From Candidatus Saccharimonadia bacterium (GTDB lineage Bacteria; Patescibacteriota; Saccharimonadia; UBA4664), in contig DATKIP010000076.1 in assembly GCA_035544015.1 (NCBI GenBank), positions 299 through 64,298 on the forward strand: a stretch of DNA of 64,000 nucleotides, in the 5' to 3' direction. This document shows, piece after piece, positions 18,154 to 27,344 of the stretch (its first letter is position 1; every line of letters starts with the position of its first letter). The notes under the pieces were generated by a model. That model ran no database searches, was not told where the DNA came from, and was given only the letters and a program-made list of their open reading frames with translations. The position numbers were made by a program, and so were the translations under genes.

Positions 18154-19932
18154 GTGCTCACTATGCGGTTTCGGATTGCGGTTTGCGTTAGTGTCTTGGT
18201 TGGTTATTTATTCGCTCAAACGGGGCTCATATCCTCGGTCGCCGCAGCCTCGAGCAGCGGCATTGTTATTTCCGGGCTGCAGCAGGCCGGCAGCGCCAAG
18301 GCCACCGATGAATACGTCGAGCTCCTCAATACTTCCGGCAGCACCGTCTCGCTGTCTGGCTGGAAGCTCCAATACCGCGCCGCTTCCAGCGCCAATGGCA
18401 CCGACTGCACCAAAGGCTGGGCCACCAAAACCACTATCACCGATGGGATCATTCCGGCCGGCGCACACTTCCTGCTTGCTTCTAGCGGCTATCTCGCTGC
18501 CGACGCCGGCTTTGCCTCCGGTTTGGCGTCCGTTGGCACGGTGCGGATCGTAAATGACGCGCAGGTCACCGACGACGCAGTGGCGTGGGGCGCCGCTAGC
18601 TGCGGTACCGGGCAACCCGCCGCCGTGCCACCGGCCGGCTCCAGCCTCGAGCGCCACGCCGGCACCGAGGGCGCCCATGGTGACAACGCACTCGATTTCT
18701 TTGTGCAGACCCAGCCGTCGCCTCGCGCTTTGTCGGCAGCCGCGGCGCCGCCTGTCGCTACACCACCCGCCGCCGGGTCGTCCGGCCCAGCCGCGCTCGA
18801 GCTCAGCGAACTGCTCGTCGACCCGGTCGCACCGAGCACCGACAGCCGTGACGAATTCATCGAGCTTCACAATGGCGGCGACGTGCCGATCGAGCTGGGC
18901 GGCTACGTCATCCGGACCGGCACCCACAATTACCCGCTACCGGCTGGCACCCTCGAAGCCGACGGCTACTACGTCGTCACCTCCGGCGGCTCCACCATCT
19001 CACTTTCAAATTCCGGGGGCGTGGCCAACCTCATTGACCCCTCCGGGACCGTCATCGATACCGCCGCCACCTGGGAAACCGCCGTGCCTGGCGCCAGCTG
19101 GGCCTTTGTGGACGACGCGTGGCGCTGGACGCTCACGCCCACGCCCGGCGCCGCCAACGAGTACACGCCCGTACCCGGCACCGCCGGCGCCGAAGGCTCG
19201 GCCGATTACGCCGTCGTGGAGCTCAATGAGCTTCTACCCGACCCCGTAGCGCCCCTCACCGATGCCTCCGACGAATTCATTGAGATTTACAACCCCGGTG
19301 ATACTGAGGTCGATCTTACCGGATACGTTCTCAAGACCGGCCACGATCTTACGAGCAAATATGTCATAAAAGACGTCACGGTCGGCCCCGGAGGCTACAT
19401 AGCCCTCAAATCTGCCGACACCAAGCTCTCACTCGCCAATACCGGCAGCTCCGTGGCACTCTACACCCCCGACGGCGCCCAGCTGGGCGCCACAGCGACG
19501 TACCCCAAGACCACCACCGGCGACGCCTGGGCCCGCTTCGACGACGGCTGGCATTGGACCGGCCAGCCCACGCCCGGCGCCGCCAACCTCCTCGCCGCAC
19601 CCGGTACCGCCGCAGCCGCCGCCAAAACCGCGGCCGCCAAAGCTACCAAGCCCAAAGCCGCCGCGGCCGCCAAGCCCAAAGCCGCCGCCAAACCCAAAGC
19701 CACCAAATCGGTCACGACCCCGCTCACCAATGCCGCCAGCACGCCGGCCGGCCGCTGGTTGCTATTTGTCTTGGCCGGGCTCACGATTGCCTATATCATG
19801 TATGAATTCCGCTATGACCTACGAAACTACTACCACAAACTCCGAGGGTACCCAATCGGTCGCCCGGCGCCTGTCCCGGCTCTTGTCGGGCGGGGAGGTG
19901 GTGGAGTTGGCAAGCGATCTGGGCGGGGGTAA
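18154..19932 (+). CDS. cell-surface protein with three lamin-tail (LTD) domains, a Lys/Ala-rich tract and a C-terminal TM anchor
   Basis: Signal peptide, then three repeats of the LTD signature (DEYVELLNTSGSTVSLSGWKL; DEFIELHNGGDVPIELGGYVIRTG; DEFIEIYNPGDTEVDLTGYVLKTG). An AAAKTAAAKATKPKAAAAAKPKAAAKPKATK tract follows, then a TM segment WLLFVLAGLTIAYIMY. Confidence 0.75.
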   Translation: MLTMRFRIAVCVSVLVGYLFAQTGLISSVAAASSSGIVISGLQQAGSAKATDEYVELLNTSGSTVSLSGWKLQYRAASSANGTDCTKGWATKTTITDGIIPAGAHFLLASSGYLAADAGFASGLASVGTVRIVNDAQVTDDAVAWGAASCGTGQPAAVPPAGSSLERHAGTEGAHGDNALDFFVQTQPSPRALSAAAAPPVATPPAAGSSGPAALELSELLVDPVAPSTDSRDEFIELHNGGDVPIELGGYVIRTGTHNYPLPAGTLEADGYYVVTSGGSTISLSNSGGVANLIDPSGTVIDTAATWETAVPGASWAFVDDAWRWTLTPTPGAANEYTPVPGTAGAEGSADYAVVELNELLPDPVAPLTDASDEFIEIYNPGDTEVDLTGYVLKTGHDLTSKYVIKDVTVGPGGYIALKSADTKLSLANTGSSVALYTPDGAQLGATATYPKTTTGDAWARFDDGWHWTGQPTPGAANLLAAPGTAAAAAKTAAAKATKPKAAAAAKPKAAAKPKATKSVTTPLTNAASTPAGRWLLFVLAGLTIAYIMYEFRYDLRNYYHKLRGYPIGRPAPVPALVGRGGGGVGKRSGRG

Positions 19933-20290
19933 AACTACCTTCGTGCAAGGCCTCGCCCGGGCCCTGGGCTACACCGGCGCCGTCACCAGTCCGACCTTTA
20001 CGCTAAGCAACATCTACGCGTTGCCGGACGGACGCGAAATACATCACTACGATCTCTACCGCCTAGGCGAAGCCGGCGTAGTGGGCGCCGAGCTCGGCGA
20101 AGACATCGGCGAGCCGACCATAATCACGGTCATCGAATGGGCCGGTGTCGCCGAGACTCGGCTTCCGGCCGACCATCTCACCATTAGGTTCGAAGTCACC
20201 AGCGACACCGGCCGCAAGCTGATATTCTCCGGCAGCGGCCCGCTCTCAGACAAAATCGTTCATCAACTCAGTCCGGAACCACCAGTATGA
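19814..20290 (+). CDS. tsaE: tRNA threonylcarbamoyladenosine biosynthesis ATPase TsaE
   Basis: GGEVVELASDLGGGKTTFVQG is a P-loop of the YjeE family. The start was chosen at MTYETTT. It overlaps the 3' end of the LTD ORF by about 119 nt in another frame. Confidence 0.8.
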   Translation: MTYETTTTNSEGTQSVARRLSRLLSGGEVVELASDLGGGKTTFVQGLARALGYTGAVTSPTFTLSNIYALPDGREIHHYDLYRLGEAGVVGAELGEDIGEPTIITVIEWAGVAETRLPADHLTIRFEVTSDTGRKLIFSGSGPLSDKIVHQLSPEPPV

Positions 20291-20679
20291 TTCTCGCCAT
20301 CAAAACCTCGGACGACGCCGCTTGCCTCCAGCTCTATCCGGCCAAAGGCGGCGCGCCCCTCGCTGAGGACGCCTGGACCAGCGGACGCGCCCTGGCCGAT
20401 CAGCTGCTCGCTCGCATTGCCAGGTTCACCGAGCCCCATGGCGGCGAAGCGGCACTGAGTGGCATCATCGTCTTTAGTGGCCCCGGGTCGTTCACATCGC
20501 TGCGCATCGGTCACACCGTCGCCAACGCTCTGGCCGATAGCCTCGGACTCCCCGTCGTCGGCGCTATGGGCGAAGATTGGCCCCAGGCAGCCATAAAAAG
20601 CCTCGCAGATACTCCGCCGGGCCGTCCGGCGCTGCCCCATTACGGGGCCGAAGCCAATATCACCAAGCCCAAAACTTGA
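20287..20679 (+). CDS. tsaB: short TsaB/YeaZ-like protein (N-terminal ASKHA half only)
   Basis: ILAIKTSDDAACLQL plus GPGSFTSLRIG motifs. The protein is only 130 aa. Confidence 0.65.
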   Translation: MILAIKTSDDAACLQLYPAKGGAPLAEDAWTSGRALADQLLARIARFTEPHGGEAALSGIIVFSGPGSFTSLRIGHTVANALADSLGLPVVGAMGEDWPQAAIKSLADTPPGRPALPHYGAEANITKPKT

Positions 20680-20809
20680 CCAGGAATCAAATCTCACGTT
20701 TAATGGGATTGTTCCCTACTACTGTTGATACCCGCTTCGCCGCTTACTCCGAATCCATCTATTGCTATCTCCGTTTTCTCCGGCTCGGCGAGCTGAAAAG
20801 GCCAAACAA

Positions 20810-22333
20810 ATGTTCTACACTGTTTTCTCTATGTTCGCGGCGTTTCTCATTGGAGGCGGCGCGGTCGTCGGTTACACCCAATATTCCACCAAACGCAGAG
20901 GCAAGTCGGCTGTTGATCAGGCCGGCAAAATTGTCGAAGAGGCCCGTGTCGCGGCCAAGGAGCTCACCCTCGAGGCCAAAACCGAAGCCTTGCGCGTAGC
21001 CGAAGCCGCCAAACGCGACGAAAAAGAGCGTCGCCAGCAGATCACCCAAACCGAGCAGCAGCTCCTGCAGCGTCAATCCAACCTCGATCAAAAGCTCGAG
21101 GACCTCGACCGCCGCAGCGACAAGCTCCGCAAACACGAAGTTGACCTCGATAACCTCAAAGAGGAGCTGCGTGAAATCCGCGGAAAACAGCAGACAAACC
21201 TCGAGAAAATCGCCGGCCTGAGCAAAGATGAGGCCAAAGACAAACTCATCAAGATGACCGAGCGCGACATCAAGGGCGATCTCGTGAAGCTCGTTCAAAA
21301 ACTCCAAAACGAAGCCAAAGAAGAGGCCGAAGACAACGCCAAGATGATCATTGTCTCCGCCATGGAGCGCATGGCTTCTGACCAAACCACCGAGCGCACC
21401 ATCACCACCGTGCCACTGCCGTCCGACGAACTCAAAGGCCGCGTGATCGGCAAAGAGGGCCGCAACATCCAAGCCCTCGAGCGCGCCACCGGTGTCGACG
21501 TCATTATCGACGAGACTCCCGGCGCCATCGTGCTCTCCAGTTTCGACCCCATGCGCCGCCAGATTGCCCGCGTCGCGCTCGAAAAGCTGCTGGCCGACGG
21601 CCGCATCCACCCCGCGCGCATCGAGGAGGTGGTAGAGAAAGCCAAGTCCGAAATCGACCGCACGGTCAAAGAGGCGGGGGAGAAGGCGCTCAAAGAAACC
21701 GGCGTCGTCGGCGTGCCCACGGAAATGGTCAAACTGCTCGGCCAGCTCAAGTACCGCACCAGCTTCTCGCAAAACGTCCTCAAGCACTCCGTCGAAATGG
21801 CCAACCTGGCCGGCATGATCGCCAGTGACATCGGCGCCGACGTCCGCATTGCCAAAACCGCCACCCTGCTCCACGACATCGGCAAAGCCGTCACGCACGA
21901 AATCGAAGGCGGTCACCACCACATCGGCGCCGAGCTGGCCCAAAAATACGGCATGGAAGACGCCATCGTGCACGCCATCGAAGCGCACCACGACGATGTC
22001 GAGGCCACCACCCCCGAAGCCCTCGTGGTACGCGTGTGCGACGCCCTCTCCGCCGGCCGCCCCGGCGCCCGTGGCGACACCCTCGAAAACTACGCCAAAC
22101 GCATGACCGAGCTCGAAAACCTCGCCAATGCCTTCCCCGGCGTCACCAAGTGCTACGCCATCTCCGCCGGCCGCGAGATTCGCATCATCGTCCAGCCCGA
22201 GCGGGTCGATGACCTCCAGGCCATCCAAATGGCCCGCGACATCGCCACCAAAGTCGAAGCCACGCTCAAATACCCCGGCGTCATCAAGGTCAATGTGATC
22301 CGCGAAACCCGCGCCGTCGAGTTTGCCAAATAA
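20810..22333 (+). CDS. rny: ribonuclease Y
   Basis: N-terminal TM (MFYTVFSMFAAFLIGGG), a long coiled coil, a KH domain (GKEGRNIQALERATGVDVIIDETPGAIVLSSFDP) and an HD domain (LLHDIGKA...HH). Confidence 0.92.
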   Translation: MFYTVFSMFAAFLIGGGAVVGYTQYSTKRRGKSAVDQAGKIVEEARVAAKELTLEAKTEALRVAEAAKRDEKERRQQITQTEQQLLQRQSNLDQKLEDLDRRSDKLRKHEVDLDNLKEELREIRGKQQTNLEKIAGLSKDEAKDKLIKMTERDIKGDLVKLVQKLQNEAKEEAEDNAKMIIVSAMERMASDQTTERTITTVPLPSDELKGRVIGKEGRNIQALERATGVDVIIDETPGAIVLSSFDPMRRQIARVALEKLLADGRIHPARIEEVVEKAKSEIDRTVKEAGEKALKETGVVGVPTEMVKLLGQLKYRTSFSQNVLKHSVEMANLAGMIASDIGADVRIAKTATLLHDIGKAVTHEIEGGHHHIGAELAQKYGMEDAIVHAIEAHHDDVEATTPEALVVRVCDALSAGRPGARGDTLENYAKRMTELENLANAFPGVTKCYAISAGREIRIIVQPERVDDLQAIQMARDIATKVEATLKYPGVIKVNVIRETRAVEFAK

Positions 22334-22351
22334 TCGAAAGGCCCCGGCTGC

Positions 22352-22951
22352 GTGCTCGATCCCCGCTTCGTCATCCTAGCCTCCATCATCGACCTCTTCG
22401 GCACCGCCGCCTATGCCCTCGACACCCTCCGCGGCCGCACGCAGCCCAACCGCGTGTCCTGGCTGCTATGGACTGTCATCCCGTTCATTACCTTCGCGGC
22501 CCAGCTCAGCGAGCATGTTGGCTGGTCAGCGCTCTTCACGCTCGTGGTCGCCGTCGGGCCGGGCGCCGTGTTGATCGCATCGTTTCTCGATCGCAAGGCC
22601 TACTGGAAAATCACCCAATTCGACATTGTCTGCGGCCTACTCTCGGTCCTGGCCATCATCCTGTGGCTCATCACCCAAACCGGCCTCATCGCCATCCTGC
22701 TGAGCCTTGCCGCCGACTTCCTGGCCGGCATCCCCACGCTCGTCAAATCCTACCGCGAGCCCCACACCGAAAGCTCTAGCGCCTACTTCGCCGGCATTTT
22801 TAGCAGTGGCCTCACGCTGCTCACCATCCATACCTGGAATTTTGCTACCTATAGCTTCCCCGTCTACATACTGATATTCTGCCTCGTGCTGTTCACGCTC
22901 GTCCAATTTCCTCGCTTCCGCCCCTCGCATCAACCGAAAGTCTCATCGTGA
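22352..22951 (+). CDS. hypothetical polytopic membrane protein
   Basis: Five to six hydrophobic helices and no motif. Confidence 0.5.
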   Translation: MLDPRFVILASIIDLFGTAAYALDTLRGRTQPNRVSWLLWTVIPFITFAAQLSEHVGWSALFTLVVAVGPGAVLIASFLDRKAYWKITQFDIVCGLLSVLAIILWLITQTGLIAILLSLAADFLAGIPTLVKSYREPHTESSSAYFAGIFSSGLTLLTIHTWNFATYSFPVYILIFCLVLFTLVQFPRFRPSHQPKVSS

Positions 22952-23487
22952 AGCCCAAAATCATCCTCATCCACGGCAATGGCGGCAGCACCTCGGCCGA
23001 TTGCTGGCTACCCTACGTAGAGCATGAACTCGCGCGTGCCGGGCTCGAGGTGGTCAACCGCAGCTTCCCCGACGCCGTCAAAGCCCGGGCCGCCTACTGG
23101 CTCCCGTTCATCGACGAGCTCGGCGCCGATGCCCACACGGTCCTCATCGGCCACAGCTCCGGTGCCGTGGCCGCTCTGCGCTATGCCGAGACCCACCGGC
23201 TGCTCGGCAGCGTGCTCGTGGGCGCCTGCCACACCGATCTCGGCGAGGCCAGCGAGCGCGTCAGCGGCTATTACGGAGCGCCCTGGGATTGGGACGCCAT
23301 CCGCACCAATCAACAGTGGATTCTCCAATACGCCTCGCCCACCGACCCCTTTATTCCCATCGCCGAGGCTCGTTACATCCAAAAACACGCACGCACCAAA
23401 TATTTCGAGCTTGCCAGCCGCGGTCACTTCCAGGATAATACGTTCCCGGAACTCGTCAGCGCAGTCAAGAAGCAATTAAACCTCTAA
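22948..23487 (+). CDS. alpha/beta hydrolase of the YdeN/RBBP9-like serine hydrolase family
   Basis: IILIHGNGGS start and a GHSSG nucleophile elbow. About 180 aa. Confidence 0.7.
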   Translation: MKPKIILIHGNGGSTSADCWLPYVEHELARAGLEVVNRSFPDAVKARAAYWLPFIDELGADAHTVLIGHSSGAVAALRYAETHRLLGSVLVGACHTDLGEASERVSGYYGAPWDWDAIRTNQQWILQYASPTDPFIPIAEARYIQKHARTKYFELASRGHFQDNTFPELVSAVKKQLNL

Positions 23488-23491
23488 AGCT

Positions 23492-24286
23492 ATGAAAATT
23501 CTCTACATCGGCGACATTATGGGCAAGCCCGGCCGCCAAATGGTCAAAAAAGTACTACCCAATCTCATTCGCGAAGAAGGGATTGATTTTGTGATTGCCC
23601 AAGGCGAAAACCTCTCCAGCGGTAAAGGGCTGCAGATCAAAGCCGTCGAAGACATGATGGCTGCCGGCATCAACTTCTTCACCGGCGGCGATTGGACGCT
23701 GCACCGCGAAGAGATCCATCCCTGGCTCGACGACCCTGCCCGTCCGCTCATTCGCCCCGCCAACTATCCCGCCGGTACACCCGGCCGCGGCTACAAGCTG
23801 GCCGACACCCCGTTTGGCAAAATTCTCGTCATCAGCCTGCTCGGTCAGACCGTTGGCTACCGCGCGCCGGTCGTTGATAACCCTCTTGAGGTCGTCGATC
23901 GCATCCTCGAGGAGACAAAATCCCAAAAAATAATCGCCTCAGTTGTGAATTTTCACGGTGACTTCTCCTCCGAAAAAATAGTAATCGGCCAATACCTCGA
24001 CGGACGCGTCACGGCGGTAGTGGGCGACCACTGGCATATTCCCACTGCAGACGCACGAATCCTACCTGGGGGCACCGCTCACATCACCGATGTGGGCATG
24101 GTCGGCAGCCGTGATTCCAGCCTCGGCATCAAAACGAGTATCATCGTGAACCGTTGGAAAACTGGCCAGCTTAGCCGTAATGAGCTCGAAATCGGGGGCC
24201 AAATGCAGTTCTGTTCTTTGCTCATCGACCTCCCTATGGGCAAATCACACGTCCAAGCGGCAAAACAGATAATAATCTTTGGATAA
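23492..24286 (+). CDS. ymdB: YmdB-like metallophosphoesterase (2',3'-cyclic-nucleotide phosphodiesterase family, TIGR00282-like)
   Basis: MKILYIGDIMGKPGR and GENLSSGKG motifs. It is downstream of rny, as in Firmicutes rny-ymdB. Confidence 0.8.
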   Translation: MKILYIGDIMGKPGRQMVKKVLPNLIREEGIDFVIAQGENLSSGKGLQIKAVEDMMAAGINFFTGGDWTLHREEIHPWLDDPARPLIRPANYPAGTPGRGYKLADTPFGKILVISLLGQTVGYRAPVVDNPLEVVDRILEETKSQKIIASVVNFHGDFSSEKIVIGQYLDGRVTAVVGDHWHIPTADARILPGGTAHITDVGMVGSRDSSLGIKTSIIVNRWKTGQLSRNELEIGGQMQFCSLLIDLPMGKSHVQAAKQIIIFG

Positions 24287-24294
24287 ATGCCGAC

Positions 24295-24324
24295 TTTACC
24301 TTGGCGAAGCCGCCCGGGTAATAT
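24295..24324 (+). promoter_or_regulatory. possible sigma70-like promoter upstream of hup (TTTACC-18-TAATAT)
   Basis: Hexamers read directly about 30 nt upstream of the hup RBS (GGGAG). The match to consensus is weak. Confidence 0.25.
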
Positions 24325-24355
24325 AGGTTAGGTAAACTCTGGGAGTACAGAATAG

Positions 24356-24628
24356 ATGACCAAACAGCACCTCATAGAAACGCTGGCCGCCGAGACCAAT
24401 ACTACCAAACGCCAGACCGAAAAAATGCTTGCAACCCTCGTCGCGATAGTAGAGCGCACGGTGGCGAATGGCGAAAAGGTCTCGATCACCGGCTTCGGAA
24501 CGTTTGATCTCGGTAAGCGCGCCGCCCGCCGCGGGGTAAATCCCCAAACCGGCGACGAGATCCAGATACCCGAAATGGCCATGCCGCGTTTCCGTGCCGG
24601 CAAGCGTCTCAAAGAAACCATTCGTTAG
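24356..24628 (+). CDS. hup: DNA-binding protein HU
   Basis: 90 aa with the GFGTF and RNPQTG arm signature of the HU/IHF family. Confidence 0.93.
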   Translation: MTKQHLIETLAAETNTTKRQTEKMLATLVAIVERTVANGEKVSITGFGTFDLGKRAARRGVNPQTGDEIQIPEMAMPRFRAGKRLKETIR

Positions 24629-24635
24629 CAAAAAA

Positions 24636-24657
24636 GACCCCAACCGGGGTCTTTTTT
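24636..24657 (+). terminator. rho-independent terminator after hup (bidirectional with tRNA-Arg)
   Basis: gaccccaaccggggtc hairpin followed by TTTTTT, with an A-run on the other side. Confidence 0.8.
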
Positions 24658-24667
24658 AGATCATGCC

Positions 24668-24744
24668 TGGTGCCCCGGGTAGGACTCGAACCTACGACCC
24701 TTGGCTTAGAAGTCCACTGCTCTATCCAACTGAGCTACCGGGGC
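24668..24744 (-). tRNA. tRNA-Arg (anticodon TCT)
   Basis: Cloverleaf read by hand: acceptor GCCCCGG/CCGGGGC, D arm, T arm GTAGG-TTCGAGT-CCTAC, CCA encoded. Anticodon loop CTTCTAA. The anticodon stem has only three Watson-Crick pairs. Confidence 0.7.
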
Positions 24745-24767
24745 AGGTCCAGAGCCCGATCATTGTA

Positions 24768-25766
24768 TCAGATGTGGTTTTCGCCACCAAAAATTTTGGA
24801 CACCGACTCGTCCAAATAAATCGCCTTAATCGCCGCCGCCACCAAAGGAACCACCGACACCACTTCGACCTTGTCGAGATTTTTGCCTTCCGGAAGGGGC
24901 AAAGTATCAGTCACAACGATCCGATCAATCGGCGACGCCGCCAACCGCTCCAGCGCCGGGTCGGACAAAATCCCGTGCGTCGCCATCGCATAAATTTCCG
25001 CCGCGCCCGATTCTTTGAGCAGCTGCGCCGCCGCACAAATCGTGCCGGCCGTGTCGATCATGTCATCGATCAGCACGCATCGCCGGCCCGCCACCTCGCC
25101 GATCACATTTTTGGCCTCTACGGTGTTGGCCTGCGTCTTCGAGCGCGTCTTGTGAATAATCGCAAAATCCGCCCCCAGCCGGCGCACATACCGCTCCGAG
25201 GTCTTCACGCGCCCAGCGTCCGGCGACACGATCACTACGTCACCACCCAGCTGATCGCGAATATAATCCGATAGCACCGGCAGCGCCGTGAGGTGGTCAA
25301 ACGGTCCGTCAAAAAAGCCCTGAATCTGGCCGGTGTGCAAATCCACGCTCACAATCCGGTCGGCCCCCGCCGCCGTCAGCATATCCACGAGCAGCTTGGC
25401 CGTAATCGGCTCCCGGCCGCTCGATTTGCGGTCCTGCCGCGCGTACCCAAAATACGGGCATACCGCCGTGATCCGCTTGGCCGAAGCCCGCTTGGCCGCG
25501 TCGATAATAATCAATTGCTCCATAATGGCGTCGTTGACTGGCTGGTCGTGGGTCGAAAACACAAACACATCTGCCCCCCGTGCCGACTCACCCAGCTTCA
25601 CCGAAATTTCACCATTCGCAAATCGGTCCAGCTTCATATCTGACAGCGGCACATCAATATGTTTCGCCACCGCCTGGGCCAGCTTGCCATTATGCGATCC
25701 GGACAGAATTTGCAATCGCTTTTTGGTCGTAATTTCCATCGCCATATCAGCCCCACTGTACCACAC
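24768..25766 (-). CDS. prs: ribose-phosphate pyrophosphokinase (PRPP synthetase)
   Basis: KLDRFANGEISVKLGESARGADVFV and a PRPP-binding loop (VLIDDMIDTAGT). The likely start is MAMEITTKK, near 25745. Confidence 0.92.
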   Translation of the reverse strand: MWYSGADMAMEITTKKRLQILSGSHNGKLAQAVAKHIDVPLSDMKLDRFANGEISVKLGESARGADVFVFSTHDQPVNDAIMEQLIIIDAAKRASAKRITAVCPYFGYARQDRKSSGREPITAKLLVDMLTAAGADRIVSVDLHTGQIQGFFDGPFDHLTALPVLSDYIRDQLGGDVVIVSPDAGRVKTSERYVRRLGADFAIIHKTRSKTQANTVEAKNVIGEVAGRRCVLIDDMIDTAGTICAAAQLLKESGAAEIYAMATHGILSDPALERLAASPIDRIVVTDTLPLPEGKNLDKVEVVSVVPLVAAAIKAIYLDESVSKIFGGENHI

Positions 25767-25855
25767 CCTATCTTATGTAAAAACCACCAATGCCCGAAGC
25801 CCGCAAATATCATTTCATAATTACGGCCATTCTCTCGAAGAAAGCAGGGTAGGCA

Positions 25856-26230
25856 ATGCGAAGAGGGCTACGAGTTTCACTCGCCGCCGCCGGCCTTATG
25901 GCCGCCGCCTGTGGGTCAAACGCCGGCACGCCATCTACCCCGTCCGACACCGACGCTCAGTCCGGCTACACGATCAGCGTTCAGGATGAATGCATCCGGC
26001 TCCACGGGCAGGACTCCAACGCCCGCGGCCGAGACGGGCAAGGCTCCACCGGCTGGTTCTGCCAACTGCCGGGCGGCACCGAGGTGCCGTTCACCGCTGC
26101 CGACATGCAGTCGGCCTGCGACCACCAGCACCCCGGGCGCACCCGTGCCGTTCAGCTGTCCACCACACCGCCGCCCGGCGGCAACTCCGTCTGGGTCTGC
26201 CGGCCGACCAAGCCGGTGCCAACCCCTTAG
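25856..26230 (+). CDS. putative lipoprotein (hypothetical)
   Basis: Signal peptide with a lipobox-like AAC at the cleavage site, and four further Cys residues. GC-rich. Confidence 0.5.
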   Translation: MRRGLRVSLAAAGLMAAACGSNAGTPSTPSDTDAQSGYTISVQDECIRLHGQDSNARGRDGQGSTGWFCQLPGGTEVPFTAADMQSACDHQHPGRTRAVQLSTTPPPGGNSVWVCRPTKPVPTP

Positions 26231-26288
26231 CCGCACTACCGGAGCAAGAAAGCCGCCCCGGTAGGCGGCTTTCTTGCAGAATAATTCC

Positions 26289-26365
26289 TGGAGCGGGTGA
26301 GGGGAATCGAACCCCTATAGCCTGCTTGGAAGGCAGGAACATTAACCGTTATGCTACACCCGCGC
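26289..26365 (-). tRNA. tRNA-Gly (anticodon TCC)
   Basis: Acceptor GCGCGGG/CCCGCTC, anticodon arm CCTGC-CTTCCAA-GCAGG, T loop TTCGATT, CCA encoded. Confidence 0.85.
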
Positions 26366-26410
26366 ACATATCTAGGCAGCAAATCCATCTCATTATACAA
26401 TAGTCACAAG

Positions 26411-27340
26411 ATGGCAACCCCACAATCCGCTCAAACTGTACTTATGGTCCGACCCACCAGTTTTGGCTACGACACCCAAACCGCTCTCACGAACGCGTTT
26501 CAAAACCTGCCCACCGCCGAGGCCGAGGCCGTCCAACAGCTCGCCGCGGCCGAATTCCAGGCCTACATCGAAATCCTGCGCGCCCACGATATCGACACGA
26601 TCATCATCGACGACCAGCCGCATCCGCCCAAGCCCAACGGCGTGTTCCCCAACAATTGGCTCACCACCACTGCCGACGGCCGGGTATATCTCTACCCCAT
26701 GGCCACCCCCAGCCGGCGCATCGAGCGCGACCCGGCGATCTTGGCCCGCCTGGCCGAGACGCACCACGTCGCCGCCATCCATGATCTCTCCGAAGCCGAA
26801 GCCCGCGAAGAATTCCTCGAGAGCACCGGCGTGATCATCTTCGATCACGCGCACAAAATCGCCTATGCCTGCATCTCTCCGCGCTGCCACGAAGACCTAT
26901 TCGTGCGCCACGCCGCCGAAATCGGCTACACGCCGGTAGCGTTTCGGGGTTTCGTGAACGATCTGCCGCTCTATCACACCAATCTCATGCTGGGCATCCA
27001 AAGCACCACCGCCGTCATCTGCAGTGCGGCCATCACCGCTCCGGCCGAACGCGAGCGCGTACTCCAATCGCTCCGCACCACCGGTCACGAAGTGGTCGAC
27101 ATCACACCCGATCAACTCGCGCAATATTGCGGCAACATCCTCGAAGTTCAAAACCGGCAGGGCCGCCGCTATCTGGTACTGTCTACCTCCGCGCAGGCCG
27201 CCTTCACGCCCCGGCAGCTCAAAATCCTCAGCCGCGACAAAACCCTGCTGCCCGTAGCCCTGCCCACCATCCAAGCCGTCGGCGGCGGAAGCGCCCGGTG
27301 TATGGTGGCCGAAATCTTCTTACCGCGGTCGCTACAATAA
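26411..27340 (+). CDS. amidinotransferase-superfamily hydrolase (CtlX/DDAH/arginine-deiminase-like)
   Basis: N-terminal LMVRPTSFGYD and a C-terminal GGGSARCMVAE, consistent with the catalytic Cys of the superfamily. About 310 aa. Confidence 0.6.
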   Translation: MATPQSAQTVLMVRPTSFGYDTQTALTNAFQNLPTAEAEAVQQLAAAEFQAYIEILRAHDIDTIIIDDQPHPPKPNGVFPNNWLTTTADGRVYLYPMATPSRRIERDPAILARLAETHHVAAIHDLSEAEAREEFLESTGVIIFDHAHKIAYACISPRCHEDLFVRHAAEIGYTPVAFRGFVNDLPLYHTNLMLGIQSTTAVICSAAITAPAERERVLQSLRTTGHEVVDITPDQLAQYCGNILEVQNRQGRRYLVLSTSAQAAFTPRQLKILSRDKTLLPVALPTIQAVGGGSARCMVAEIFLPRSLQ

Positions 27341-27344
27341 TTCC

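Noticed and set aside
20765-22228. 487-aa minus-strand ORF antisense to rny
   Set aside because: Gly/Asp/Ala-rich artefact. RNase Y KH and HD domains are on the plus strand.
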